Source: an uncultured virus (IMG/VR IMGVR_UViG_3300035698_030063) (taxonomy: Duplodnaviria > Heunggongvirae > Uroviricota > Caudoviricetes). From it: a stretch of 64,000 nt of DNA. This document shows, in pieces, positions 16,348 to 26,800 of this stretch; within the stretch, counting starts at the first letter, position 1; the number at the start of each line of letters is the position of its first letter. The translations under genes and the position numbers were made by a program. The DNA lies in IMG/VR virus record IMGVR_UViG_3300035698_030063; one strand, given 5' to 3'. The notes under the pieces were generated by a model. That model ran no database searches, was not told the DNA's origin, and worked only from the letters and a program-made list of their open reading frames with translations.

Positions 16348-17268
16348 ATGGCTATGGAAGAAGTGTTAGATAGCGTTAGAAGAATAATATATAAATGGGT
16401 TAATACTTCTACTCGAATCAACTTAAATGTAGCTAGAGGAGATACGGTTATTAGCGTTGCAGATGCTCGCAGATTTACTGTTGGTGATCAGGTTATGTTA
16501 AAGAATAGTACAGTTTATGAAACTGGCTTAATTATAGATTGTATTGACACAGTGGCTAACTTAATTACATTAACTACTTCTATTTTAAATGATTGGACAA
16601 TAGCTGAGAACACAGTTCTGATAAAAACTATTAATGAACAATTTGTTCAGGGAATTTATATCGGAGAGCCAGATGTTATTCCTCGTTTTCCTGCTATTAC
16701 CGTAAATGGTGTAAGTAGAAACTCAGAATGGTTGACATTAGAAAGTACGAAAGAAAGATATCAGATAGAAGTAACTGTATATGTTAGAGGAGGCACTCAT
16801 GAGGAGGGCTATAGATTTTGTATGGCTATGGCTGATGAGATTCAAAAAGGTTTAAAACGTAACATAATGCCGTTAGTGAGTGATTATAATTTAACTTCTT
16901 TAACTAGAGATATAACAGCGGGTGATTTAACTATCTATGTAAATGATAGAAGTTTATTTAATGATAATGTAAGACTGATAATAGAAGATCCATACGAGAC
17001 TCAAGAGAATTGGGCTGTTGCTTTATTTGATAGTGAAGAAGATCCTTCTCAACAGGCTGTTAGATTATCAAATTGTGCTGAATGGGATTTTAGTGCTTCT
17101 GATACGACTATAATAGTGCCTACAAGACATATTTTTAATTCGTGGCCTGACGACATCCAATACGGAAGCATACATAAAGGAGAGTTGTTAAAAGCGGCTA
17201 AAATTAGCTGGTTTGCTGAAGAAGAGGAGATGCAATTCTTAAGGAGAGATGAGCCAAAATTGAGATAA
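16348..17268 (+). CDS. Probable tail terminator/completion protein with two inserted beta domains
   Basis: IYIGEPDVIPRFPAITV...RYQIEVTVYV...MADEIQKGL pattern; position upstream of tail tube. Confidence 0.55.
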   Translation: MAMEEVLDSVRRIIYKWVNTSTRINLNVARGDTVISVADARRFTVGDQVMLKNSTVYETGLIIDCIDTVANLITLTTSILNDWTIAENTVLIKTINEQFVQGIYIGEPDVIPRFPAITVNGVSRNSEWLTLESTKERYQIEVTVYVRGGTHEEGYRFCMAMADEIQKGLKRNIMPLVSDYNLTSLTRDITAGDLTIYVNDRSLFNDNVRLIIEDPYETQENWAVALFDSEEDPSQQAVRLSNCAEWDFSASDTTIIVPTRHIFNSWPDDIQYGSIHKGELLKAAKISWFAEEEEMQFLRRDEPKLR

Positions 17269-17368
17269 TTTGAAATAAATAAAGGGGAACTAAATAATAA
17301 GTGAAATATTAATAATGTCACTTGAGCATAAGAAATAAAAAGGGATTTTAAAAATTCTGTAAAATAAT

Positions 17369-17407
17369 AAAGGTAATGACAATAATTTTTAAGAATAGTA
17401 TTATATA
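17369..17407 (+). promoter_or_regulatory. Putative phage-specific (late) promoter motif
   Basis: AAAGG-N19-GAATAGTATTATATA before AGGAG SD; related copies at 17281 and 17340. Confidence 0.5.
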
Positions 17408-17431
17408 AAATAAATTTATAGGAGAATTACA

Positions 17432-17884
17432 ATGGCTCAAATAGATAGAGATCTTTACAGAAGCATAGCAGACGCTTATGCATCTATCGATGTAAGTTTG
17501 GCAGGAGTATCTACTGATGCAAGAACTGCTCTGGATGCGATCGTAGATGTAGATACAACTACATATCCAGATGCTACACCTTCTGTTGCTGATGCAGATG
17601 CAGCTTTGGAAATAGAATTAGCTCTTTTAACCCCTTTCAATATCGCTTATATTCAGGCTCAAACTATATCATTAAATGTAGCTAATATATTAGATGCTGT
17701 CAGAGCAGTTAATAATCATGTTGTTGCTAGTCAAGATGCAGGAACAGATGCAAAAACAAAACTAGATAATTGGATTAACAATGATATGGTTAGTCATTGG
17801 GGCGCAGGCGGTGCTTGCCCTGCTGGATGGGCTAATATCAGCACAGATGCTGGGTACGATACTACTGACTGGGTAACAGTTTAA
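17432..17884 (+). CDS. Acidic Ala/Asp-rich putative virion protein
   Basis: Strong AGGAG SD; co-transcribed with tail tube. Confidence 0.6.
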   Translation: MAQIDRDLYRSIADAYASIDVSLAGVSTDARTALDAIVDVDTTTYPDATPSVADADAALEIELALLTPFNIAYIQAQTISLNVANILDAVRAVNNHVVASQDAGTDAKTKLDNWINNDMVSHWGAGGACPAGWANISTDAGYDTTDWVTV

Positions 17885-17915
17885 AAATAATAAATAATAA
17901 TAAAAGGAGAGAAAA

Positions 17916-18989
17916 ATGCCTACTATTCCTCATAATTTTTGGAATAATCCTAGAGCCTTTATGGGTTTTGTTGGATTTGTTCAGATAGGAGCTGGTGCAA
18001 TAAACGGTAATACCAGCGGAGCTGGACTTGTTAATCATAATTCTTATACGATTAGGGCAACTTCAGCAGATATAAACCTAACACAAGAAATTACAAAACC
18101 TGATGTAGTTGATAGTCGTTATGACAGATCAGTATATCAGCTGGGTCCAAAATTAGTTGATGGTAGTGTTTCTTTTCCTGTAGTGTATGAGGTTCCAGCT
18201 AATAATACTTTAACTTTATTTGAAATACTTTATAGATATGCTGTAACTCGTGATGATAATGGAGGTTTGAGCACTTTTGACTGTGATGTAAAGTATGATT
18301 CATCTGGTAATGCTAATTTTACATATACTGGATGTCTTGTTAACACATGGAAATTCTCAGTTGCTCAATCAGATGTTGTTACATGTGATTTTGACGTTAT
18401 AGGAATTGACCGTATTCCAGGAAATCTTACTACTCCTGGAAGAAGTGATACTACTTGCTCTCCTGCTGGAAGTGCTACTAATGGAACTCTTGGAACTACA
18501 AGAATTGTTACATGGAATGATGCTCGTGTAGAATTGAGTGGTGGAAGAATAGCAACACCTATTGGTGGTCAATTTGTTAGGACTTTCGAATGTAATGTTA
18601 ATAATGATGCTGAGCGTTTTTATTCAATGAATACTAAGCTTTTCGCACAATCAATTGCTCCTCGTAAGAGGGATATTACTGGTAGTATGACACTTATTGG
18701 TAGGCATCCAGATCTTGCTGACGTTGCTTTTTTAAATCAAGATAACTGCACAGAAACATCTAATATTCTGTTTGGATATCAAACCCCTTCTTCAGGCGAA
18801 GGTTGTACAGAATCAACATTCGATGTGACTCTTCCTAATATCGTATTTGAGATTGAAACTATGAGTCTTACAAATGATATTTTTGAATCTACTGTTAATT
18901 GGCATAGTCTCCCGAGTGCAGGAACAGGGGTATGCGACCCATTGCTCACTATTGGTAGTGCTAACTTTACTTACCCAGCATTAGCTTAA
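17916..18989 (+). CDS. Major tail tube protein
   Basis: GPKLVDGSVSF...YTGCLVNTWKFSV...VTCDFDVIG...VRTFECNVNN...RDITGSMTL; followed by strong terminator, chaperones and tape measure. Confidence 0.78.
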   Translation: MPTIPHNFWNNPRAFMGFVGFVQIGAGAINGNTSGAGLVNHNSYTIRATSADINLTQEITKPDVVDSRYDRSVYQLGPKLVDGSVSFPVVYEVPANNTLTLFEILYRYAVTRDDNGGLSTFDCDVKYDSSGNANFTYTGCLVNTWKFSVAQSDVVTCDFDVIGIDRIPGNLTTPGRSDTTCSPAGSATNGTLGTTRIVTWNDARVELSGGRIATPIGGQFVRTFECNVNNDAERFYSMNTKLFAQSIAPRKRDITGSMTLIGRHPDLADVAFLNQDNCTETSNILFGYQTPSSGEGCTESTFDVTLPNIVFEIETMSLTNDIFESTVNWHSLPSAGTGVCDPLLTIGSANFTYPALA

Positions 18990-18999
18990 AGATACTTAT

Positions 19000-19035
19000 A
19001 GACGAAAGAGAGTTATGCTCTCTTTCGTCTTTTTT
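19000..19035 (+). terminator. Rho-independent terminator
   Basis: AGACGAAAGAGAG-TTATG-CTCTCTTTCGTCT perfect 13-bp stem plus T run. Confidence 0.9.
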
Positions 19036-19165
19036 ACTCCCCCCCAATTCCCCATTCTTTACAAATTTTAAGATTTTTTCTTTCTTTTTCCGATATATTA
19101 AAGGATTCAGAAACGGAAAAATTATCAATATAATAATTTTAGACGCTATTTTAAAGGAGAATAAT

Positions 19166-19600
19166 ATGTCGTTGTTAGATAATCGTGATTTAATGGAAAT
19201 AAAGTTGTACTACAAGTACATCAAAATAGGTAATGGTAAAAAGTTAGTTATTTTGGAAGATAAAAAAGCAGAAGAATTACTTAAAGATGAAGAAAAAGCA
19301 AAAGAGGTAGAGATTCTTGAAACTCAATGGGCTATGTTGAATTGGAAAGAGCAAAATGAAGTTATGAATGCTTCTTCTCAAGTTGCTGATCCAATAACAG
19401 GTGAAAAACAGTTTAATTTTTTACTATATCGAGATGCTATTGTTAAGAGATGCCTGAAATCTTGGAATTTAACTATGAATGAGAAGCCAGCGCCTGTCAC
19501 TCCAGATGCTATTGATAAGCTTCCTGGGCCTGTTGTTGTTAGTATTTATCAGAAGTTTGAGAAATATATAGAATTTAATGAGGAAGAAATGGGAAACTAA
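19166..19600 (+). CDS. Tail assembly chaperone (gpG-like)
   Basis: Between tube and tape measure; LKSWNLT...PVTPDAIDKLP; ends EEMGN at slippery site. Confidence 0.78.
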   Translation: MSLLDNRDLMEIKLYYKYIKIGNGKKLVILEDKKAEELLKDEEKAKEVEILETQWAMLNWKEQNEVMNASSQVADPITGEKQFNFLLYRDAIVKRCLKSWNLTMNEKPAPVTPDAIDKLPGPVVVSIYQKFEKYIEFNEEEMGN

Positions 19601-19632
19601 CGATGGCCGCGGCAGAGTATGCTCGTGGCCGT
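19591..19632 (+). other. Programmed -1 ribosomal frameshift signal
   Basis: G GGA AAC heptamer (19591-19597), 5-nt spacer, hairpin ATGGCCGCGGCA-GAGTA-TGCTCGTGGCCGT; -1 frame is open into 19603-19824. Confidence 0.8.
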
Positions 19633-19824
19633 AATATAACGGTTCGACCAGTTCCTAGAGCAATGACATATTTCTCACTAGCAAAAGAATTTAATTGGCT
19701 TCCAGATGAGATAGATAGGCAAGAGCCAAAAAAGATAAAAGGTGTAATGCATATTTTGTCGATTTATAATAATGTTAAAAATAAAGAAATTGAAGCTGCT
19801 AATAGAAAAGCGCAAAGGAGATAA
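19603..19824 (+). CDS. Tail assembly chaperone frameshift extension (gpT-like)
   Basis: In the -1 frame of upstream gene; LAKEFNWLPDEIDRQ motif. Confidence 0.72.
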   Translation: MAAAEYARGRNITVRPVPRAMTYFSLAKEFNWLPDEIDRQEPKKIKGVMHILSIYNNVKNKEIEAANRKAQRR

Positions 19825-19826
19825 TA

Positions 19827-20234
19827 ATGCAAAATTTATTTATACAGGAAAATGAAGAATTTACTATAGGATTTACAGTTGCAACAGATAAGAAAGGCAC
19901 TATTTTTTGCGATCTTAATAGAGAATCTTTAGAAGAATCTATTCAAGGAGTGAAGGATATGGAGATACAGGATTATAAGGCAGTTTTTAAGAAGCCATCA
20001 TTTGGTACTTCTTTAGAGCTTTATAATTCTATTTTTAGTGTTAATGATGAAACAGGAGTTAATTTTAACCCACTTCTAGCAAGGTATAATAAGATTGTAG
20101 CTCTTATTAAGATTTGGAATCTTAAAGGAGTAGATGAAAAACCTACGGTAGAAGATATTAGATCTCTTCACCCTATAATTGCTACTGTTATTGGAATACA
20201 GATAGATGCTGAAACAGGATCTATTTTCGGTTAA
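19827..20234 (+). CDS. Second tail-assembly-chaperone-like protein
   Basis: Similar to 19166-19600: FNPLLARYNKIVALIKIWNL...PT.EDIRSL.P vs FNFLLYRDAIVKRCLKSWNL...VTPDAIDKLP. Confidence 0.6.
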   Translation: MQNLFIQENEEFTIGFTVATDKKGTIFCDLNRESLEESIQGVKDMEIQDYKAVFKKPSFGTSLELYNSIFSVNDETGVNFNPLLARYNKIVALIKIWNLKGVDEKPTVEDIRSLHPIIATVIGIQIDAETGSIFG

Positions 20235-20266
20235 TAGTAGATCATACATTATTGTGTTATATCATA

Positions 20267-20300
20267 AAAGAGGCAGTAGAAAATCACTGTCTCTTTTTTT
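20267..20300 (+). terminator. Rho-independent terminator
   Basis: AAGAGGCAGT...ACTGTCTCTT plus T run. Confidence 0.7.
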
Positions 20301-20373
20301 AATAAATAGAGGTTTTTTCATAAAAATTTAGTATTTTTAATTATACAACAAAATTTTTATAGAGAGTTAAATC

Positions 20374-23300
20374 ATGCCAGATGATATTTTAGAATTTCAA
20401 TCAAAATTAGAAATAGCCCTTAGCTCCGTAGGTGTTGAAGATGTTCTTGCTGCTCTTAACAACATTAATCAATCTGAGAAAGATGCTGGTAGAAGCGCTA
20501 AAGATCTTGTTCGTGATTATGGCAGTCTTAAAAACGCTGCAAAAGCATTAGCCAAAGCTTATAAAGATTCTGGTGCTGCAGCTAAAAAATCTTTAACTGA
20601 AACAAATAAACAGTTAAGGACAATGAAATCAAATATAAAAACGATAGCATCCCCTCTGAAAGAGGTTTCTGCTGGTTTTAAGAAACTGGTTTTGCCTTCA
20701 TCTTTTGGAGCTTCTTTAAAAACTGTTGATGATTATAATAAGACTATGATGAGTTTATCATCTAGTGTTAGTCGTTTAGGAATAGGCATTACTAGTCTTG
20801 AGAATAATCTTAGTAGAGTCGGCAAAGAGATGTCTTTAACAAGGGTAGAAACTAATAAGTTATTTGATGATTTTCAAGCTGGTATGAGAGCTATTTCTGT
20901 TGGAGATTTCGAAGATATTATGAAGAGAATTCGTAGTGCTGTTGGATCTAATGCGGCAGCTATTGGTAAGATGCAGTCAACAATTGTTAATTTATCTCAG
21001 AGTTATCCTATGCTGGTTAAATCTTTAGTTGATTTAAATAAAGAAGGAGATCGAGGCAAAAACATTGATAAAGAATTTCTTAAAACAAGAATTAGAAATC
21101 TGTTTTATATTGGTAAAATTTCAGATGCTCAATATAAACAGCTATCAGCCTATATTAGCGCTAATAAACAAATGAGTCAAGTTGATAAGGATAAAAAAAA
21201 AGCAATAGATGCACAAATTGAGGCTATGCAAGAATTTAAAATGCATATAGAATCTCTTAAAATGGTCGTTGGTACAGCTATTATGCCTGTAGTGGAGAAA
21301 GTCGCTAATATTATTGGTAAATGGAATGATGGTACCAGAGATCTGAAAAAAGATCTATTAATTGTTGCTGGAATTTGGGGCGGGTTGAAGATTGGTAAGA
21401 TGTTGTTGGGAGCTGTGGCTGGTGGTGTTGGTCGTAAAATATCTGGAGGTGCTTCTAGCGGTATTATGGGATCTCTTACTGGAGGTCAGCGTGTTTATGT
21501 AACTAATTGGCCGTTAGGAATGGGGATAACAGGAAAAACAGCAGCAGCAGCAACAGTAAAAACAGCAGCAACAGTAAAAACAGCAGCAGCTTTAACTGGT
21601 TTTGCTTCTGCTCTCGGAGTGGCGATAGTAGCAGTTGGAGCCCTGGCGGTCGCTGTTACGGCAGCTGCGCTTGCAAAGGAGTCATGGAATGCTTATAAAG
21701 AGTATAAGCTTACGGATGAGGAAGTTACTGCAAGAGCTAGTCGTACAGGGGAATTGTCAAAAAGATGGAAAGAGGTATCTTCGTCAGAAAGATATAAGGA
21801 CAAACAAAAATTAATGAAAACAAAATTTTCTTCAGATGCAGAAAGAGGAAAAGCGGTCTCAGATTACAAGGAAAAATATGGGATATATGATAAAATATTA
21901 ATAGAAGTTGAAAAAACGAAAAAAGTAGAAGAGAATATGGTAGGAATTAAAGAAAAACAGAGAGAGATAGGAGAAGCTATATCATCTTTATATCAAGCTC
22001 AAACTGGATATATAGATTCCATGATTACAAAGCAGGCTTTGTTAGGTCAAGTTGATATGGGAATGTATAATACTGAGCTATCAAAAGGTCTTGCTCTTAT
22101 TGATGCTCAGGTAGAATCTAATAAGAGGTTATTATCGAATCTTGATGCTAAAGGGGGAATTACAAAAAAAGATTTAATGGGTATGGAGGGTATATCTGAT
22201 GAGGTGATTAATCAAATTAAATCTTATGATGTGGCTGATAATGCCATACTGTCGTTAGCACAAGTAGAACAAGTTAGAGTAAAAATTAATAAAGAAATAT
22301 CTGACGAACTTAAAGAGCAGGTAGGGCTAAGATTAAAGGGTGTAGAACTTGAATCTGAAAATTTAAAATATGCAACTTTGTCAGCTAATAAAGCAGGATT
22401 AATGGTTCAATTAGCAGATAATTATGCTATTGGTGTTGGTGCTTCTGCTAGTATGAGAATACAACAATTTAAGGCAGAAGAGCAAGCAATACAAGTTTTA
22501 GAAAGACAAAAACAAATAGCTTTAAGTAACATCGCAGCTGGAGTAGATGTAGTGGCATATAAAAATCAACTTTTAGGAATTGAGAATGAAATATTGCAGA
22601 AGCAAATGGCTCAAGCTCAACAGGTTAGAGCATTGAGAGATGGGTGGGTTTCAGCAATTTCTGCGATGAACACTGGTGCTGGTGGATTCACAGATATTGT
22701 TATGACTCAAACTAAAGGTGTAGCTTTGGCTCAAAAATTAGCAGGTTCAGTTGAAGCTCAAGTTTTTGGTCGCCGCGGAGCTGGTGAAGGTTATAATAGG
22801 TCAGAAAGATTTAAAGCTAGGAGAAGTAGTTTTGGAGAAGTTCAAGGTTTAGGGATGGCATCAATAGATAGCGGAGGAAGAGATAGATGGGCAACTCCTT
22901 TCAGTGATGGTGAGGACCTAAGATGGATGGAAACAGGAGAAAGAGGTCAGGCTTATGATCAACTTATGGCAGAGATGAAGCGTGGTGGAAGAGATATAGC
23001 AGAAGGTGGAGGTTCCGCATTAGGAGCAGGAAATAAAATGGCTCTTGGAGCATGGATGGCAGGGCAGGGAAGTAGGCAAGGTCTTGATTTTACAGAGGGC
23101 CAAAGAAAGGGCATATCTAGGAGTAGGACTTATGGTGGTGGAGCAGGTGGTGGAGCAGGTTCAGTTGCAGGAGAAGTTTATATAGATGCTAAAAATGTTT
23201 ATATAAACGGCAGCAATATAGGGGGAATGACAGGTGGAGGAGGCACAGCGAGAGGAGCGGGCACAGCAGGAGTAATAAAAAAGAAAGAAAAAGTAGAAGG

Positions 23301-23838
23301 GCCTAGTAGAGCATTGTTGGAAGCATCTATAGGAAAAAATGGGTTAAAGAAAGCAGAAGAAGTTAAAAAGAAAATCAAAGGGCGTGGAGACGTTAGTTCT
23401 TATAATATTGCATATAGATATAGAAAAGAAGAAACTAATATAAAAAGAGGGGAAGAAGTATATAAGAGTTTATCGTCAAAAATGAAAGCAGGAGGAGAAA
23501 GCCCTGATTTAGAGAAGAATTTGGCTGTTGTCACTGATTATTTAGGTAAGTCGTATATGGGTCAACGTAGAAGGGAAGAACAATTTGCAGAAGCTACGGG
23601 TTGGGACGTTGCTAAGAAGGGAATGCCAAAGGCAGAGTTTATTAATTCGAGGGGAGGTGGTCCTGGTGCTGCTCCAGTCCCAGTTGGAGGAGGTGGAGGT
23701 GGAGGTGTTACTAACATTAATGTACAACATAGCATCACTATTAATGCTACTGGCTCTACTAATGCTGAGATTGTTAAGGATAGTGATAAAAAATTAAGTG
23801 AAGCTTTAGATGAAGTTACCTCTTTACCAGGAAGATAA
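20374..23838 (+). CDS. Tape measure protein
   Basis: 1154 aa, helical Ala/Lys/Gly-rich, central hydrophobic segments, GQRVYVTNWP motif, C-terminal TNINVQHSITIN; follows chaperones. Confidence 0.82.
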   Translation: MPDDILEFQSKLEIALSSVGVEDVLAALNNINQSEKDAGRSAKDLVRDYGSLKNAAKALAKAYKDSGAAAKKSLTETNKQLRTMKSNIKTIASPLKEVSAGFKKLVLPSSFGASLKTVDDYNKTMMSLSSSVSRLGIGITSLENNLSRVGKEMSLTRVETNKLFDDFQAGMRAISVGDFEDIMKRIRSAVGSNAAAIGKMQSTIVNLSQSYPMLVKSLVDLNKEGDRGKNIDKEFLKTRIRNLFYIGKISDAQYKQLSAYISANKQMSQVDKDKKKAIDAQIEAMQEFKMHIESLKMVVGTAIMPVVEKVANIIGKWNDGTRDLKKDLLIVAGIWGGLKIGKMLLGAVAGGVGRKISGGASSGIMGSLTGGQRVYVTNWPLGMGITGKTAAAATVKTAATVKTAAALTGFASALGVAIVAVGALAVAVTAAALAKESWNAYKEYKLTDEEVTARASRTGELSKRWKEVSSSERYKDKQKLMKTKFSSDAERGKAVSDYKEKYGIYDKILIEVEKTKKVEENMVGIKEKQREIGEAISSLYQAQTGYIDSMITKQALLGQVDMGMYNTELSKGLALIDAQVESNKRLLSNLDAKGGITKKDLMGMEGISDEVINQIKSYDVADNAILSLAQVEQVRVKINKEISDELKEQVGLRLKGVELESENLKYATLSANKAGLMVQLADNYAIGVGASASMRIQQFKAEEQAIQVLERQKQIALSNIAAGVDVVAYKNQLLGIENEILQKQMAQAQQVRALRDGWVSAISAMNTGAGGFTDIVMTQTKGVALAQKLAGSVEAQVFGRRGAGEGYNRSERFKARRSSFGEVQGLGMASIDSGGRDRWATPFSDGEDLRWMETGERGQAYDQLMAEMKRGGRDIAEGGGSALGAGNKMALGAWMAGQGSRQGLDFTEGQRKGISRSRTYGGGAGGGAGSVAGEVYIDAKNVYINGSNIGGMTGGGGTARGAGTAGVIKKKEKVEGPSRALLEASIGKNGLKKAEEVKKKIKGRGDVSSYNIAYRYRKEETNIKRGEEVYKSLSSKMKAGGESPDLEKNLAVVTDYLGKSYMGQRRREEQFAEATGWDVAKKGMPKAEFINSRGGGPGAAPVPVGGGGGGGVTNINVQHSITINATGSTNAEIVKDSDKKLSEALDEVTSLPGR
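21535..21591 (+). repeat. Imperfect 18-bp tandem repeat in tape measure (KTAAAATVKTAATVKTAAA)
   Basis: AAAACAGCAGCA(GCAGCA)ACAGTA units. Confidence 0.7.
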
Positions 23839-23841
23839 ATA

Positions 23842-26800
23842 ATGGCGTTTGATAGAAGAAGAACATATATTTGTTATAATAATAAAGATTTAATCAGAGA
23901 TGGTTTTATACCTAGAATTATAAGAAAATCATATCGAGAAGACAATTCTTTAACTAATCCTGTTACTACTTTTAATTTTAGTAGATTAAAAAGTCCTCCA
24001 AAAGGAGTTACTTATACGGTAGTAAGAAAAAAAGATGATCCAAGCATCATCGTAGAAGTTATAGAAAAGAAAAAATTACTACCTGCCGAAAAAATAAAAA
24101 TTGAATTTGAATTTAGTAAAACCATGAAGAATGCTGTTTCTCATCCTATACCATTAACTCCTGTTGCTCCAGGTGCTGTGGGAGGGTTGATTGGCAATGT
24201 GGGGTTGCAGGCAGTAGGATTTGGTGGTTTTACTACTGGTTTTACTGAAATAACATATCATCTTTTAGAATCTAATACAAAAACAAATCAAAAGATTTTA
24301 GTTACGCAGGAAATTATTGATACAGGTATTATTCAGTTTGATGGGTTTCCCTTATCTGTCTTTGGAATAGTTAAAGAATATACTGAGGTTATTGGAATAA
24401 CATCAGATCCAGATATAGAGAAAATAAAGGTATTATATAAAGGAGAACATAATCAAGCAAAGTTTAGGATTGTCGGTGTTGATGTAGAAGCATATTTTGG
24501 TATAGATTTTACTAATGAGCAGTTGGAAAAATTAGGAAAATTTAGTAGTGGATCTTTTTTAGGTACTGGTAGAAAAAGAATTGATGGAGCAACAGATTCA
24601 AATGGTTTGTTTGGTGGGCGTGCTAATCCACATTTAATATTAGTGGATAATGCAGGAGATTCTGGGTTATCATCTCCAGCTGTTGAAGAAAGAGAAGTAG
24701 TTCTTCTTGGGGATCAAAAACAATTATTTGTAAAAATAGTCGATGATGATAGAACTTTAAAATTTAGAGGTGATAATAAAGAAGCTTTGGGTGGAGGTGA
24801 ATATCCTTTTCAAATTAGAGGAACAACAGGGATAGATGCTACTGATAAACAAATAAGAATTGACACATCAGATATTATTGTTGGAGATATTATATACGTA
24901 ACTCATAACACTACTGTTGGAGATAGGCATTTAAGACAGAATGTAGAACATAAGGGAACTATAGGCCAGGGTAATACTTTTGGTGGTATTGGCTTTTCGG
25001 CAGCTATAGCAAGCGAGCAAGATATATTTGATTATAAAATAAGGCAATGGAAAGTTCCTTCACTGCCATCTGGGATTACTATATCTAATATTGATCAAGT
25101 TACAGATGGCTATACAAAAGACGATGATTATAAATTAACTTTAAATGAATTTATAGATATTGATGAAAAGCAAAGAGAGGAAGATTTTGAGTTAACTGGT
25201 GATGCAGCTAGTGTAATCGAGGGATGGAGATTATCGGAAGCAATTTTATGGAGAAGGATAAATGATCTTTTTGCCGCTGATTATCGTGGCATAATACATA
25301 TAAAAAACAGGAGTACGGTAAGTGTATTATACCCTCGTTCTTCAATAAGGGATCAGGATTGGTTCACGAAATATTTGGAAAGTCTACCTTTTACATATCC
25401 GACTGGCCCTCCAGACCCTGCTGATCCTGTTGATGAAGATGGTAATCCTAAATTTACTTACCTCCCTTCTGATTTAGAAAAAACATTAGAGTCTCAAACT
25501 AATTTTGATGACCTAGAGGGATTTTTATTTGATACAGCAGAAATAGTAAATAGTATGCTTTTTGATAGAGAAAAATTGCATTATTATAGACCGTTTGCAG
25601 ATGCATTAAAAATAGTAAGTCAATATATTGAAGATAATCTCGATACAGGGATAGGAATTACGCATCTTGATTTACTTCCTTTGCTTTGTTCTTCAGTAAT
25701 CACTACTACGGAAACAGAACTTATCGATGGAAAGACTATTACCAGAAGAACACATGATTATAGTAGTTTTAATATTTCTAGTTGTGGAAGTATTAATTTG
25801 GACTATTATGATTTATCATATGGTATTTTTGATAACACTGTTGCTCAATTCTCAAAAAGTAGCAGTTGTGAAGATCTTTTCCCGCTAAAGAATTTTAATT
25901 ACTCTAGCACAAATAGGGATGCTAACTCAGAAGGTCAGGGGGTATGGTATGAAGCTGGCACTATAGATCAAACTATTCAGGGGTGGAGACCTGAGGGAGG
26001 AACTATAAATAGTCATTGGAAACTTGAAACTCCTTATTTTTGTAGTGATTTTAATAATAGTACCAGAGTATATGTTGAAAAAATGGGAGGTAATTCTTTA
26101 GATAATTATAGCTGGATATACGTTGATACAGAACCATTTGTACCTAATAATATATCTGCGGATAGTAGTTATGATGCCTCATCATCTATTGTTGTATTTA
26201 GTGATGATATTATGCATAATGGTTTGAATTATCATAGAATAAATGATAATTTTTTTGAACAACAACTATCTTTTAAAAAAATAGACAAAACAAAAAATCA
26301 TATTAGGGACACGTATGATCATACTGTCGCTGGTCAGACTGTTACAGAAGCATATGATCATGATGAGAATTTTCTAGTTGGTCAAAATAGGATATTAGGA
26401 GATTCTCCAAGTTATTCTTATGGTATTCCTATAACGGAAGATATTTTTAAAGTATGCAATACTTTGTGCGAACCTGATAGCACAGAATCTTTAACTTTTT
26501 GGGTTACTAAGGATTTAGAAACTGATACGTGGGATGATGGAACACCTTTTGATCTAGATTTCTCTGATACTCCTCCTAGGGCTAATATCCCGTTTGATTG
26601 GTATGTTAAATATATTGAAGTAGAGTTTTCTTACGATCCCTCTGTACCAGTAGAGGGCATTGAAAGATATGTATCTTTTTATTTTGAGGATAGCGAAAGC
26701 TCAGTGAGCGATTTTTTAATGTCAGAAATTAAGCTTAAAACAAAGGGTTCTAATATTTTTGTTGTTAGACTTAATTTTAGATATTATTTTGGAGGACCGT

